Assembly (NCBI GenBank): GCA_040219255.1
Contig: JAVJSW010000037.1
Location: 96,001-160,000 of the forward strand
Length of the DNA: 64,000 nt
Source of the DNA: Sumerlaeia bacterium
Lineage (GTDB): Bacteria > Sumerlaeota > Sumerlaeia > SLMS01 > JAHLLQ01
Direction: 5' to 3'
The position numbers and the translations under genes are program-made. Shown here in pieces: positions 1 through 9,357 of this stretch. The notes under the pieces were generated by a model, which was not told where the DNA came from, did no database searches, and worked only from the letters and a program-made list of their open reading frames with translations. Position 1 is the first letter of the stretch. Every line of letters starts with the position of its first letter.

Positions 1-22
1 AAGTCTGATGGAGTTCGAGTAA
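1..22 (+). CDS. 3' end of an upstream gene (partial), possibly a biotin-carrier/decarboxylase subunit
   Basis: Frame 2 reads ...SLMEFE* (TAA at 20-22), resembling a biotinyl-domain C-terminus; it lies just upstream of a decarboxylase beta subunit. Only a few codons are visible. Confidence 0.3.
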
Positions 23-90
23 ACGGGCCACCACGCCACCCTGTGCTATTGCTCTGTACTGTCTTGCGGTAAGAACGGAAATTCAGCCCC

Positions 91-1521
91 ATGTTGCAAT
101 CCCTCTTGGATTTTCTCCATAGCTCCGGCTTTGGGCAGGTGACCTACGGCAACGTGATCATGATCGCCATCGGCGGCTTGTTCATCTTCCTGGCCATCAA
201 GAAGGGCTTCGAGCCCCTCCTGCTCGTTCCCATCGGTTTCGGGATGCTGATCGGCAACATCCCCTACGATGCGAGCAAACTGAGCCTGAGCGTTTACGAC
301 GGTCCCGTGAACGAGGACAAAATCACCTACGTCACGGCCGCCGAGCCCGTGACGATCGCGGGCGAAACTTACGGCCCATTCACCCCATTGCTTGATGTCA
401 AGCCAGCGGACAAACTGGTCGATCAGGGCAAGGTCCTGATGACGTACGATGGGGAAAAGCTGCGCTATCCCAACAGCGCCATCACGACGATTCCGTCGAC
501 GTACCATCTCGAGAAGGGTGGCCATACCGTCTTCGTGGCCGAAATTAGCGATGATTCGCGCTATCCGATCGTGATCGAGCCCGAGCGGCAAAACATCTTC
601 AACGCCAGCGTGCTCTGGATTTTGTTCCGGGGGATCGAGTGGGGATTTTTCCCCCCATTGATTTTCCTGGGTGTGGGAGCGCTCATCGATTTCGGTCCGC
701 TGCTTTCCAATCCCAAGACTCTGCTGTTGGGCGCGGCGGCCCAGTTCGGCATCTTCGGGGCGCTGTTTCTGGCGGTCATGATGGGCTTCGATATGAAGGA
801 AGCGGCCTCCATCGGGATCATCGGCGGCGCCGACGGACCGACCGCGATCTTCACCTGCACCATGCTGGCGCCTCATCTCCTGGGGGCGGTGGCGCTGGCG
901 GCGTACAGTTACATGGCGATGGTTCCGATCATTCAGCCGCCGATCATGAAGCTCCTCACCACGAAGGCCGAGCGGAAAATCCGCATGGAGGCTCCCAAGC
1001 ATGTGCCGCGCATCGTGCGCATCATGTTCCCGGTGCTTGGGTTCCTGCTGACGGCTTTCATCGCCAATGGGGCGCTGCCACTCCTGGGCATGCTGTTTTT
1101 CGGCAACCTGCTGCGCGAAAGCATGGTGACCGAACGGCTTTCGAAAACCGCCTCGAACGCCATGATCGACATTGTGACGATCCTGCTGGGCGTGACGGTG
1201 GGCGCGAAGACGCAGGCGAGCAATTTCCTGACCGTTGAGACGCTCGGGATTTTCGTCCTCGGCATCGTGGCCTTCGCCATCGCGACGGCTACCGGGGTGC
1301 TGGCGGCGAAGCTGATGAACGCGGTGTGCAAGGAGCAGATCAATCCTCTGATCGGCGCCGCGGGCGTGTCCGCCGTGCCGATGTCAGCCCGAGTGGTGCA
1401 CCGTGTGGCTCAGGAAGAGGACCCGCAAAACTTCCTCCTGATGCACGCGATGGGTCCGAACGTGGCGGGCGTGATCGGTTCGGCGCTGGCGGCCGGGGTA
1501 CTGCTCTCCACGCTGTCCTGA
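91..1521 (+). CDS. oadB: Na+-translocating carboxybiotin decarboxylase beta subunit (OadB/GcdB/MmdB family)
   Basis: Motifs FEPLLLVPIGFG, IGIIGGADGPT, AAYSYMAMVPIIQPP, NPLIGAAGVSAVPMSARV, HAMGPNVAGVIGS; many TM helices. Confidence 0.93.
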   Translation: MLQSLLDFLHSSGFGQVTYGNVIMIAIGGLFIFLAIKKGFEPLLLVPIGFGMLIGNIPYDASKLSLSVYDGPVNEDKITYVTAAEPVTIAGETYGPFTPLLDVKPADKLVDQGKVLMTYDGEKLRYPNSAITTIPSTYHLEKGGHTVFVAEISDDSRYPIVIEPERQNIFNASVLWILFRGIEWGFFPPLIFLGVGALIDFGPLLSNPKTLLLGAAAQFGIFGALFLAVMMGFDMKEAASIGIIGGADGPTAIFTCTMLAPHLLGAVALAAYSYMAMVPIIQPPIMKLLTTKAERKIRMEAPKHVPRIVRIMFPVLGFLLTAFIANGALPLLGMLFFGNLLRESMVTERLSKTASNAMIDIVTILLGVTVGAKTQASNFLTVETLGIFVLGIVAFAIATATGVLAAKLMNAVCKEQINPLIGAAGVSAVPMSARVVHRVAQEEDPQNFLLMHAMGPNVAGVIGSALAAGVLLSTLS

Positions 1522-1607
1522 TCGCCGATTGTCATAAAAACCCTTTGGTTGCCGCCCGGAAGTCGTGAGACATTCGGGCGGCATTCTTTTTCTTCCGGAG
1601 TTTTTCC

Positions 1608-2870
1608 ATGCCTGTTCGTTTCGTTCCCATGCTCGCCGCTTCCGTCTTTTCGCTCTTGGCCACGGTGGGCGGGGCCTTTCCCAATCCCATCGAACCCACG
1701 CGCTCGGACGCGTTTTCCGAACTCGACGCCGTTATGGAATCTGGCATCGCGGATGGCCTCTACCCGGGCGGCGTGTTGGTCGTCGGAACGCCGGGGGAGA
1801 TACTGTGGGCCCAGCCTTACGGCCGCGTTTCCTGGGAAGACGACGCCGCCACCGTGACGCTCGATACGATTTACGACCTGGCGTCGGTGTCCAAGGTCGT
1901 CGGTACGGCCACCGGTGCCTGGCTGATGCTGGGCGAGGACGAACTTTCTCTGTCCGATCCCGTGGAGGAGCACATCGCCGGCTTCGGCACGGAAGGCAAA
2001 GAGACCGTCACGATCAAGGAACTGATGACGCACACCTCGGGATTGAAGGCCTACGACAGCCGTGACCGGGTGGAGGCGTTGCGCCGCCCCGGTGAAACCC
2101 ATGCGGACGCTTTGATTCGGGCCTACGCGGCGCTGCCGGCGTCCTATACCCCGCGCGAGAGTTACACATACAGTTGTCTGAATTTCCAGACGCTCGCCCG
2201 CATCGTCGAGAACGCGGCGGGCAAGCGGCTGGAGACGTTGCTGGTGGAGCGCGTCTTCGGGCCGATGGGGATGAACGACACGCGGTATCTGCTTTCGGCG
2301 GAGCAGTTGGCCCGCACCGCCCCGACGCACCGTGACGCGGCGGGCAAACCGGTCAGTGGGACGATCCACGACCCCTTGGCCAGCTACCACGGCGCCGAGG
2401 CCCATTGCCCGGGAAACGCAGGGCTCTTCGGCACCGCCCCGGACCTCGCGAAGTATTGCGCCATGGTCTTGCAGGACGGGGCCTGGGAGGGCGGTCAACT
2501 CATCCCGGCGGAGGTGATGCGGGAAGCGAAGCGGTCTCAGATCGGCTCGGAACTTGGCGAGGAGCGCGGCCTTGGCTGGGACGTTTTCGAGTCGAGGAAG
2601 TGGGTGACGCCACTTAACTCCGAGGAGGGTGAACGCGTGATCGGGCACCTGGGCTATACCGGAACGATGCTCTGGCTGGACCAGAGGACGGGGACGTATT
2701 TCGTGATGCTGACGAACCGGACGTTGCCGAGGGAACGGCGGGCGGGCGATCAGGCACCGAGCATCAACGCGGTGCGCGGCGAGGTCTGTCAGGTGGTGCT
2801 GCGAGGGTTGACGGAGTACGAGGGGCAATTCTTCGGGGGCGAGGAGAAGACGGCGGGCGGAGGGCTTTGA
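1608..2870 (+). CDS. Secreted serine hydrolase, beta-lactamase class C/AmpC-like family
   Basis: Signal peptide; SxxK (LASVSK), LMTHTSG, YSCLN, GNAGLF and GHLGYTG motifs. Confidence 0.88.
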   Translation: MPVRFVPMLAASVFSLLATVGGAFPNPIEPTRSDAFSELDAVMESGIADGLYPGGVLVVGTPGEILWAQPYGRVSWEDDAATVTLDTIYDLASVSKVVGTATGAWLMLGEDELSLSDPVEEHIAGFGTEGKETVTIKELMTHTSGLKAYDSRDRVEALRRPGETHADALIRAYAALPASYTPRESYTYSCLNFQTLARIVENAAGKRLETLLVERVFGPMGMNDTRYLLSAEQLARTAPTHRDAAGKPVSGTIHDPLASYHGAEAHCPGNAGLFGTAPDLAKYCAMVLQDGAWEGGQLIPAEVMREAKRSQIGSELGEERGLGWDVFESRKWVTPLNSEEGERVIGHLGYTGTMLWLDQRTGTYFVMLTNRTLPRERRAGDQAPSINAVRGEVCQVVLRGLTEYEGQFFGGEEKTAGGGL

Positions 2871-3085
2871 AAATACGGCGATTTCCGCGTTTTGAGATAA
2901 TGCGGAGAGTCGGCGTGGGGTTTGGGGGACGGGGCCTATTCCGTTCCTGATCGCGAGGTTTGGACGATCCGAAACCACTTGCGAAGGGGCCCGGGGCTTT
3001 CTATCGTCGATTCCATTTTGCGAACCTGTTTCGCGGCGGTGGCGCAAGTGGCTGCCCGAAACGAATCTCCTGCAATTTCTGAATC

Positions 3086-6000
3086 ATGTCCGACTCGACA
3101 GATCCGCCGTCCGATCGCACACAACTTCCCCACGCGCCTGGCGATCCGGAGATGTCTTACGATTTCGACCGGACGTTGCTCTATCACGATGAGCACCCGC
3201 TCCGCCGGCCCGAGCCCGCCAACCCGATTTTCTATTCCGACTGGCAAACGCTGACGCAGGTTTCGTTGAGGGAGACGACGAGCGAAAAGAGCGCGGAGCT
3301 TCTCGTTCAGCGCTACGATCTGATTCGCATGCTGGGCCGGGGCGGCGTCGGCGAAGTCTGGGAAGCGCGCCAGGGATCGCTTCAGCGCTCGGTGGCGGTG
3401 AAGCGGCTGGCCAAGGAAGTGCGCGATCATCTGGGCAGTTCCTCCGTGTCCGGCTCCTATGAAACGCTATTCCATCAGGAGGCGCTGACGGCGGCTCAGC
3501 TCGACCACCCCAACATCGTGCCGGTGTACGATCTCGTGCCCGATGGCAACGGCATGCCTCAATTGGCGATGAAGCTGGTGCGGGGCCGAAGCTGGAAGGA
3601 ACTGATCGAGGAGGACCGGCACCAGAGCATCACGGAGATCCTGACGCGCCATCTGCCGATTCTGGTGGATGTGGCGCAGGCGGTGGCGTTCGCCCATTCC
3701 CGCGGCATTGTGCATCGCGACCTGAAACCGACGCAGGTGATGGTCGGGGATTTCGGCGAAGTGTACCTGATGGATTGGGGTTTGTCGCTGGTTTACGATC
3801 CGGAACGGCTGGGCGCCTCGCGCCAACTGGTGGACGAGCGTTACCTGCCAACCCCCGAAACGGCCAGCAGCCCCGCCGGCACGGCGGCGTTCATGGCGCC
3901 GGAGCAGACCTTGCCGACCGCCGAGCAGATCGGTCCCTGGACGGATATCTTCCTGTTGGGGGCGACGCTCTATTATCTTCTGACCGGTCAGCCGCCGCAC
4001 ACCGGCGCGACGTACTCCGAGTCCTTCCAGAAAGCGATCCGCTGCGATATACCGCACCCGTCCAAGGCCTGCCCGGACCGGCGGATTCCTGACGCCCTTT
4101 CGGCGATCTGCATGCGCGCGCTGGCGAAGCTGCCGCCCGATCGTTACGCCAGCACGCGCCAATTCCTCGATGAGCTGCGCGATTACCTGACGGGTTCGCG
4201 GAACCACCGCGAGTCGGAGGCCATCGCCGCCGCGGTGGAGGCCGAGACCGCTTCGAAAGCGCTGCCGGAGTACCGCGACCTGGTGCGCAGCCTTTCCCAG
4301 CTGGACAACTCGCGGGCCTTGTGGCCGGAAAATCCGCGCATTCCGGCGCTGCGCGAAGTGCTGCTGACCGCCTACGCCCGGGCGGCCCTGCGAAACAAGG
4401 ACCTCAAGCTGGCGCAAGTGCAGGCGGAGCAATTGGCTCCGGGGCCGGAGCGGCGCGCCCTGCTGGAGGACATCGAGGGCCTGGAGCGCAAGGAGCGGGT
4501 TCACGCGTTCCAGCGGCGTTTCGCCCTCGCCACCGCGGCGGCGATGCTGGGGGCTCTTTTCCTGGTGACGCTGCTGGCGATCGACCGGGCCCAGGACGCG
4601 TCGCACGCGCGCCGCGTGGCGGAGGATGCGAATCGCGTGGCCCTGGAGGCCAACCGGGCTGAGCAGGCGGCCCGCGCCGAAGCGCTGGAGCGCGCGGCGG
4701 CGGCGGAGTACGGCCTTTACCTGACCAATGTGCAATTCGCCCAGCTTTGTCTGCGGGATGGGCGCGTCGCGGCGGCCCGAGAATATCTGAGCCAGTCCCC
4801 GCCGGCCCTGCGCAATTGGGAGTGGGGCTTCCTGATGCAGAGCACGGAGGCGGCCCTGGGCACGCTGACGGGCCACACGCGCAAGGTCAACACCGCTCAA
4901 TTCGGTCTCCGCACGGGCCGTCTCCTGACCTCCTCACGCGATCATCAGGCGATCCTTTGGGACCCGATCCGCGGCGAGGTGCTGCACCGGCTCGCGGGGC
5001 ACGGAGAAAACGTCGAGTACGCCAGCTTCGATTCCCTGGAAGAGCGAGTCCTGACCGTTTCCGACGATCAGACGGCCCGCCTTTGGGATGCCCGGTCGGG
5101 CGAGCTTCTGCACCTTCTCAAGGGGCATACCGGCAATGTGGCCTTCGGGGCGTTCTCGCCCGCCGGCGACCGGGTGGTCACCGCCAGCATCGACAACACG
5201 GCGCGCGTCTGGGACGCGGAGACGGGGGCTGAACTCCATGTTCTTCGCGGGCACGAAAAATCCGTGGTCCACGCCGTCTTCGACGCCACCGGGGCGCGGG
5301 TCGTGACGTCCTCGTCGGATGGCACGGCGCGTCTCTGGGATGCGGTGTCGGGCGCCGAACTGGTGGCTTTTCGCGGCCACGGCGATGGCCTGAGCATGGC
5401 GGCGGTGGGTCCGGACGGGCGCCTTCTGGCGACGGCTTCACTCGATCACACGGCGCGGCTGTGGAATCTGGAAACGGGCGAGGCGCTTCGGACCTTCGCC
5501 GGTCACAGTGGCGTTGTGCTGACGGTGGATTTCAACACCGACGGCAGCCGTCTTCTGACCGCTAGCATGGATCACACGGCCCGGGTCTGGGAAACCGCCA
5601 CGGGCCAGGAGAGTCTGCTCCTGGAAGGCCATCAGGCGGGCGTCAAACGCGCAACCTTCAGCCCCGACAGCGCAACCATCGCGACCGCTAGCATGGACAA
5701 TCGGGCCCTGGTGTGGAATGCCAAGACCGGCCGGCAGGTGAACGAACTCTCTGGCCACAGCGACTGGGTTTACTGGGCCACCCACAGCCCCGACGGCTCC
5801 ATGGTGGCCACCGCGTCGAAGGACGGCACGGTCGGTCTGTGGAGAGCCACGCTGGGCGGTCCGACGACGCGCCTGACGAGCCATGCCGGCACGGTGACGG
5901 ACGCGGACTTCAGCCCCGACGGCAGACTCCTTGCCACCTCGTCGAACGATTCCACTCTTTGTCTCTGGAACCTGGAAGAGGGCCGGCTGGAGCGGCGTCT

Positions 6001-8062
6001 GCAAGGCCATCAGTGGGGGATCGTCTGCGCCGAATTCAGCCCCGGCGGCACACGCCTCGTCTCCGCCTCCTTTGACGAAACCGCCCGGCTCTGGGATTTG
6101 ACCGGGGAGTCGGCGCCGGTCATTCTCGCCGGTCACCACGGCACGGTCGTGGACGCGCATTTCTCCGCCGACGGTTCGTTGCTGGGCACGGCGTCCGAGG
6201 ATGGGGTGCTGCGGCTTTGGGACGGCAAGACCGGGGAGCCACGGGCTGTGCTGGAGGGCCACGATGGCGCCCTGACGGAGTTCGAGTTCTCGCCCGGCAA
6301 TCAGTTCGTCGTCAGTACCTCCACCGATGGTACGGCTCGGGTCTGGTCCGTTTCCGGCGAGCCGGAGCCGCTGGCCGTGCTGCGTCACGATTCGGCAGTG
6401 CGGGCCGCCCATTTCGCCGCGAAGGGCGGAAGCCTCATCACCGGAACGGCGTCGGGCCAGTTGCATTTCTGGGATCCACGCACGGGCGAGCGCCACAAGC
6501 GCCTGAGCATCAGCGCCGAGCCCATCAGTTGTCTCCACGTGTCGCCGGCCGGCGACCGCGTTCTGGCCTGCTCGGAAGGTGGCCGCTCCTGGCTTCTGGC
6601 GGTGCCCCAGGGCGACATCGTGCAGGAGTTCACCGGCCACGGTGCGGCGATTACCGCCGCCGCCTTCAGCCCCGACGGGTCGCGAATCGTCACCGGATCG
6701 CGCGATCAGACGGCCAAGGTCTGGGATGCCCGGACGGGGCGCGAGCTGCTGACGCTGGCCGGTCACGGGCGGGAAGTGGTGGCCGTTCAGTTCTCCCCCG
6801 ACGGCCAGACCATCGTGACGGCCTCGGCGGACAATACGGCCTGTCTGTGGCACGCCGCTCCCTGGCAAGGTCCGAAGACCGACGGCCCGATGACCCACGC
6901 CCCCGTTCTGCTGGCGAGCGCCGGTGCCGGCGGTCTGGCCGCCTTCGGATCGACCGAAGCGCCCGCGGAAGAAGCGGAGCGCAGCCTGTTCGTTTCCGCC
7001 TTTGGCGAGCTGGTGGCCGGCGCCCACGGCCCGCTGACACTGGACGAGCAACTGGCGGTTCCGGCGGGGGCGCCGTTGCGGATCGTGGCCCTGGTGCCCA
7101 GTCACCTGCGCGACAAGACGCTCTCCATCGCCGGCAGCCATCCCGACCTGGGCGACTGGGAGGCCAACAAGGTCCCGATGGACTTTCTCCATACCGGACC
7201 CTACGGCGATCTGTTCGAAAAGCGCACCACCTTTCAGCCGCCCCTGACCTTCAAAATGACCCTCGGTCATCAGGGGGAAGGCTGGACCGGCACGGGCGAA
7301 TGGGCCGGACCGCCGGACCGGGTCCTGCCCCATCCGGACGCACTCCTGTTCCGTGCACCGGATGGCGAGTATCTCCTGATTTGCCAGTTCGGAACGCCGC
7401 CCGACGGCAAGATGAAGCTCCACGATGTGCCCCCCACCTGGATGACGAATCAGCACCAGCGCCCCGGCCATGCCCTGCCGGTGAAGACGGAGGTGCAAAA
7501 CATCCTGGGGGAACTGCTGGCGCGCCTGGAAGAAGCGGAAGCGATGGAACCGGAGCAGGGCCGGCAGGTTCTCGAAAGCGCTCTGGAAGAATTCGAGCTG
7601 CGCATGCAAGGCATCAGCCCCGAGCATCGCGTCCTCAAAGACATCGTTCGGCCCGGCTGGCGCCTCCTCACCATGCCCGAGCAGGAAGACTTGCTCAACG
7701 GCGGAGACACCATCACCCTGATGGCGATCCTGAGCGAGCCCTCCACCGACAAGAAAATCCACGCCGCCGGCAACACCGAGTCCCTGGGCAGTTGGATCCC
7801 GAACCAACAAGCCTTCACTTATGAGGGGACAGTGGGCGAGGGGGCACATCTCTGGACTTTGGAGGTGCCGTTCGAGCCGATGGAGTTCAAACTGACCCAC
7901 GGCCAGGCGGGCGATGGCTGGATCGGAACGCAGGAATGGGCCGGAGAACCGAACCGGCGGGTCCCCAGCGCCTCCTCCCTCATCTACGTCACGCCGGAAG
8001 GGGACTACCGAATGGTTTGCCTCTTTGGCGAACTCGACGAAGCCACCGGCGCCGTGCCCTGA
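3086..8062 (+). CDS. Ser/Thr protein kinase with TM helix, 16 WD40 repeats and two C-terminal CBM20-like domains
   Basis: GRGGVG P-loop, VAVK, HRDLKPTQ, DWG, GTAAFMAPE; hydrophobic helix FALATAAAMLGALFLVTLLAI; repeated GH...WD units; duplicated G-x4-LGxW...FKxT...EW-x4-(D/N)R domain. Confidence 0.9.
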   Translation: MSDSTDPPSDRTQLPHAPGDPEMSYDFDRTLLYHDEHPLRRPEPANPIFYSDWQTLTQVSLRETTSEKSAELLVQRYDLIRMLGRGGVGEVWEARQGSLQRSVAVKRLAKEVRDHLGSSSVSGSYETLFHQEALTAAQLDHPNIVPVYDLVPDGNGMPQLAMKLVRGRSWKELIEEDRHQSITEILTRHLPILVDVAQAVAFAHSRGIVHRDLKPTQVMVGDFGEVYLMDWGLSLVYDPERLGASRQLVDERYLPTPETASSPAGTAAFMAPEQTLPTAEQIGPWTDIFLLGATLYYLLTGQPPHTGATYSESFQKAIRCDIPHPSKACPDRRIPDALSAICMRALAKLPPDRYASTRQFLDELRDYLTGSRNHRESEAIAAAVEAETASKALPEYRDLVRSLSQLDNSRALWPENPRIPALREVLLTAYARAALRNKDLKLAQVQAEQLAPGPERRALLEDIEGLERKERVHAFQRRFALATAAAMLGALFLVTLLAIDRAQDASHARRVAEDANRVALEANRAEQAARAEALERAAAAEYGLYLTNVQFAQLCLRDGRVAAAREYLSQSPPALRNWEWGFLMQSTEAALGTLTGHTRKVNTAQFGLRTGRLLTSSRDHQAILWDPIRGEVLHRLAGHGENVEYASFDSLEERVLTVSDDQTARLWDARSGELLHLLKGHTGNVAFGAFSPAGDRVVTASIDNTARVWDAETGAELHVLRGHEKSVVHAVFDATGARVVTSSSDGTARLWDAVSGAELVAFRGHGDGLSMAAVGPDGRLLATASLDHTARLWNLETGEALRTFAGHSGVVLTVDFNTDGSRLLTASMDHTARVWETATGQESLLLEGHQAGVKRATFSPDSATIATASMDNRALVWNAKTGRQVNELSGHSDWVYWATHSPDGSMVATASKDGTVGLWRATLGGPTTRLTSHAGTVTDADFSPDGRLLATSSNDSTLCLWNLEEGRLERRLQGHQWGIVCAEFSPGGTRLVSASFDETARLWDLTGESAPVILAGHHGTVVDAHFSADGSLLGTASEDGVLRLWDGKTGEPRAVLEGHDGALTEFEFSPGNQFVVSTSTDGTARVWSVSGEPEPLAVLRHDSAVRAAHFAAKGGSLITGTASGQLHFWDPRTGERHKRLSISAEPISCLHVSPAGDRVLACSEGGRSWLLAVPQGDIVQEFTGHGAAITAAAFSPDGSRIVTGSRDQTAKVWDARTGRELLTLAGHGREVVAVQFSPDGQTIVTASADNTACLWHAAPWQGPKTDGPMTHAPVLLASAGAGGLAAFGSTEAPAEEAERSLFVSAFGELVAGAHGPLTLDEQLAVPAGAPLRIVALVPSHLRDKTLSIAGSHPDLGDWEANKVPMDFLHTGPYGDLFEKRTTFQPPLTFKMTLGHQGEGWTGTGEWAGPPDRVLPHPDALLFRAPDGEYLLICQFGTPPDGKMKLHDVPPTWMTNQHQRPGHALPVKTEVQNILGELLARLEEAEAMEPEQGRQVLESALEEFELRMQGISPEHRVLKDIVRPGWRLLTMPEQEDLLNGGDTITLMAILSEPSTDKKIHAAGNTESLGSWIPNQQAFTYEGTVGEGAHLWTLEVPFEPMEFKLTHGQAGDGWIGTQEWAGEPNRRVPSASSLIYVTPEGDYRMVCLFGELDEATGAVP
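4860..6853 (+). repeat. Intragenic WD40 repeat array (16 units of about 42 aa, one degenerate)
   Basis: Counted repeated LxGH...FSPDG...TAS.D.TAR.WD units in the translation. Confidence 0.85.
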
Positions 8063-8293
8063 GAACTTCAGGAATTCAATAAGCCAAGCAGAATTTCTTT
8101 AAGTTTTATTCAAGTTGCTTCGCACTCGGTTTGGATCGGGTGCGCTCCAAACCTTGAGTATCTCGTGAATTTTCAGTTGCCTATTTGTAATGCGAGGGTA
8201 ATTTCAGAGGCGTCCAAGAAAGACATCCTTCGGAATAGAGGGAAATGTTCTTGGTACGTACAAGAAAATTTTTTGAAGTGAGGACCCCCTCCC

Positions 8294-9181
8294 ATGCGGA
8301 AATCATTCGCTCTTCTTCTCTCGGCGCTCGCTCTGACCGCCGGGACCGGCTTTGCCCAGACGGTCGGCATCGAAACCTTCGAAAACCTGACCTCGCTGGA
8401 CCCGGACCCCGCTCCCGTCACCGGCAGTTCGACCGTGACGGACGCGGAATTCAGTGACGACCAGGGTTCGTCGGACTTCGGCCCGCCCCAGGTGACCCTG
8501 ATCAACGACGACGGCACCGATTATCCCAACGCTGCCGACAACCAATATCTGCAATGGAACGGCAGCACGGACCAGTACCTCGCCCTGATCCACACCGGCG
8601 CCGGGTTCCCCAACACCGCCGACACGATCAACGTCGCCTTCGCCCTGCGCGTGGATACGCTGGAAGCCACCGCGGCGAACAACACCCTCGACATCACCTT
8701 CGTGGCCGGTGGCGGGACCTTCAGCAACCTCTTCGGCCTGGCCGTCGATGCGGGCACCTTCCGCATGGCCAGCGGCAATGCCTGGGGCGCCGCCAACGTT
8801 CTGTCCACCACCGCTTTCGGCGACGCCGGCAGCACCGGCGCCTGGGACGATGGGGAATGGCGCGTGATCATCTGCAGCGTCACCCCGAAGACCGACGGCA
8901 CGGGCGAGGCGCGCTTCCGCGCCTTTGCCCTCAGCACCGGCGCCGAGGAATTCGACGTCTCCTTCTCCGGCGCCACCAACACCAACGCCGCCACGGCGGG
9001 CCTTGGCCAGTTCAGCTTCGGCGCCAGCCTCGCCGATCCCTCCGGCGCCGCGACGGCCGTGTCTCTCGATACGCTGGCGATCTACGAAAGCACCCTCACC
9101 CCCGAGGCCCTGCTGGCCGCCGTGAAGGCGGACTTCGGCCTGCCGGCCAACGCCAATGTGGATAGCTGGGACCTGTACTAA
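8294..9181 (+). CDS. Secreted beta-rich hypothetical protein with C-terminal NVDSWDLY tail
   Basis: Signal peptide MRKSFALLLSALALTAGTGFA; T/A/G/D-rich beta-sandwich-like body; strong GC3 codon bias; GAGGA RBS-like sequence upstream. Confidence 0.8.
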   Translation: MRKSFALLLSALALTAGTGFAQTVGIETFENLTSLDPDPAPVTGSSTVTDAEFSDDQGSSDFGPPQVTLINDDGTDYPNAADNQYLQWNGSTDQYLALIHTGAGFPNTADTINVAFALRVDTLEATAANNTLDITFVAGGGTFSNLFGLAVDAGTFRMASGNAWGAANVLSTTAFGDAGSTGAWDDGEWRVIICSVTPKTDGTGEARFRAFALSTGAEEFDVSFSGATNTNAATAGLGQFSFGASLADPSGAATAVSLDTLAIYESTLTPEALLAAVKADFGLPANANVDSWDLY

Positions 9182-9227
9182 ATCCACCGCGCCGCGAGCC
9201 CGATTCGCGGCCCAACGGATATAGCCC

Positions 9228-9279
9228 AAGGCGGAGCCAGGGAGGACATCGCGTCCTTCGGCTCCGCCTTTGTCATTTT
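9228..9279. terminator. Long hairpin between convergent genes, likely intrinsic terminator
   Basis: AAGGCGGAGCC (9228-9238) pairs with GGCTCCGCCTT (9260-9270), with an inner AGGAC/GTCCT stem, followed by TGTCATTTT. Confidence 0.6.
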
Positions 9280-9357
9280 GCCGCGGCCAGTTTGAGAATT
9301 CGCTGCCCTGTCGTCTGTCGTCGTGGCGCGCCACTCCTCATCAGAGCCCAGGCGGGT

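Noticed and set aside
4860-6853. CRISPR-like periodicity
   Set aside because: The ~126-nt periodicity is degenerate in-frame WD40 coding sequence, not identical repeats with spacers; no cas genes.
8063-8293. Sigma-54 promoter near the NtrC-family gene
   Set aside because: No TGGCAC-N5-TTGC with correct spacing found; TGGTAC is not followed by a -12 GC element.
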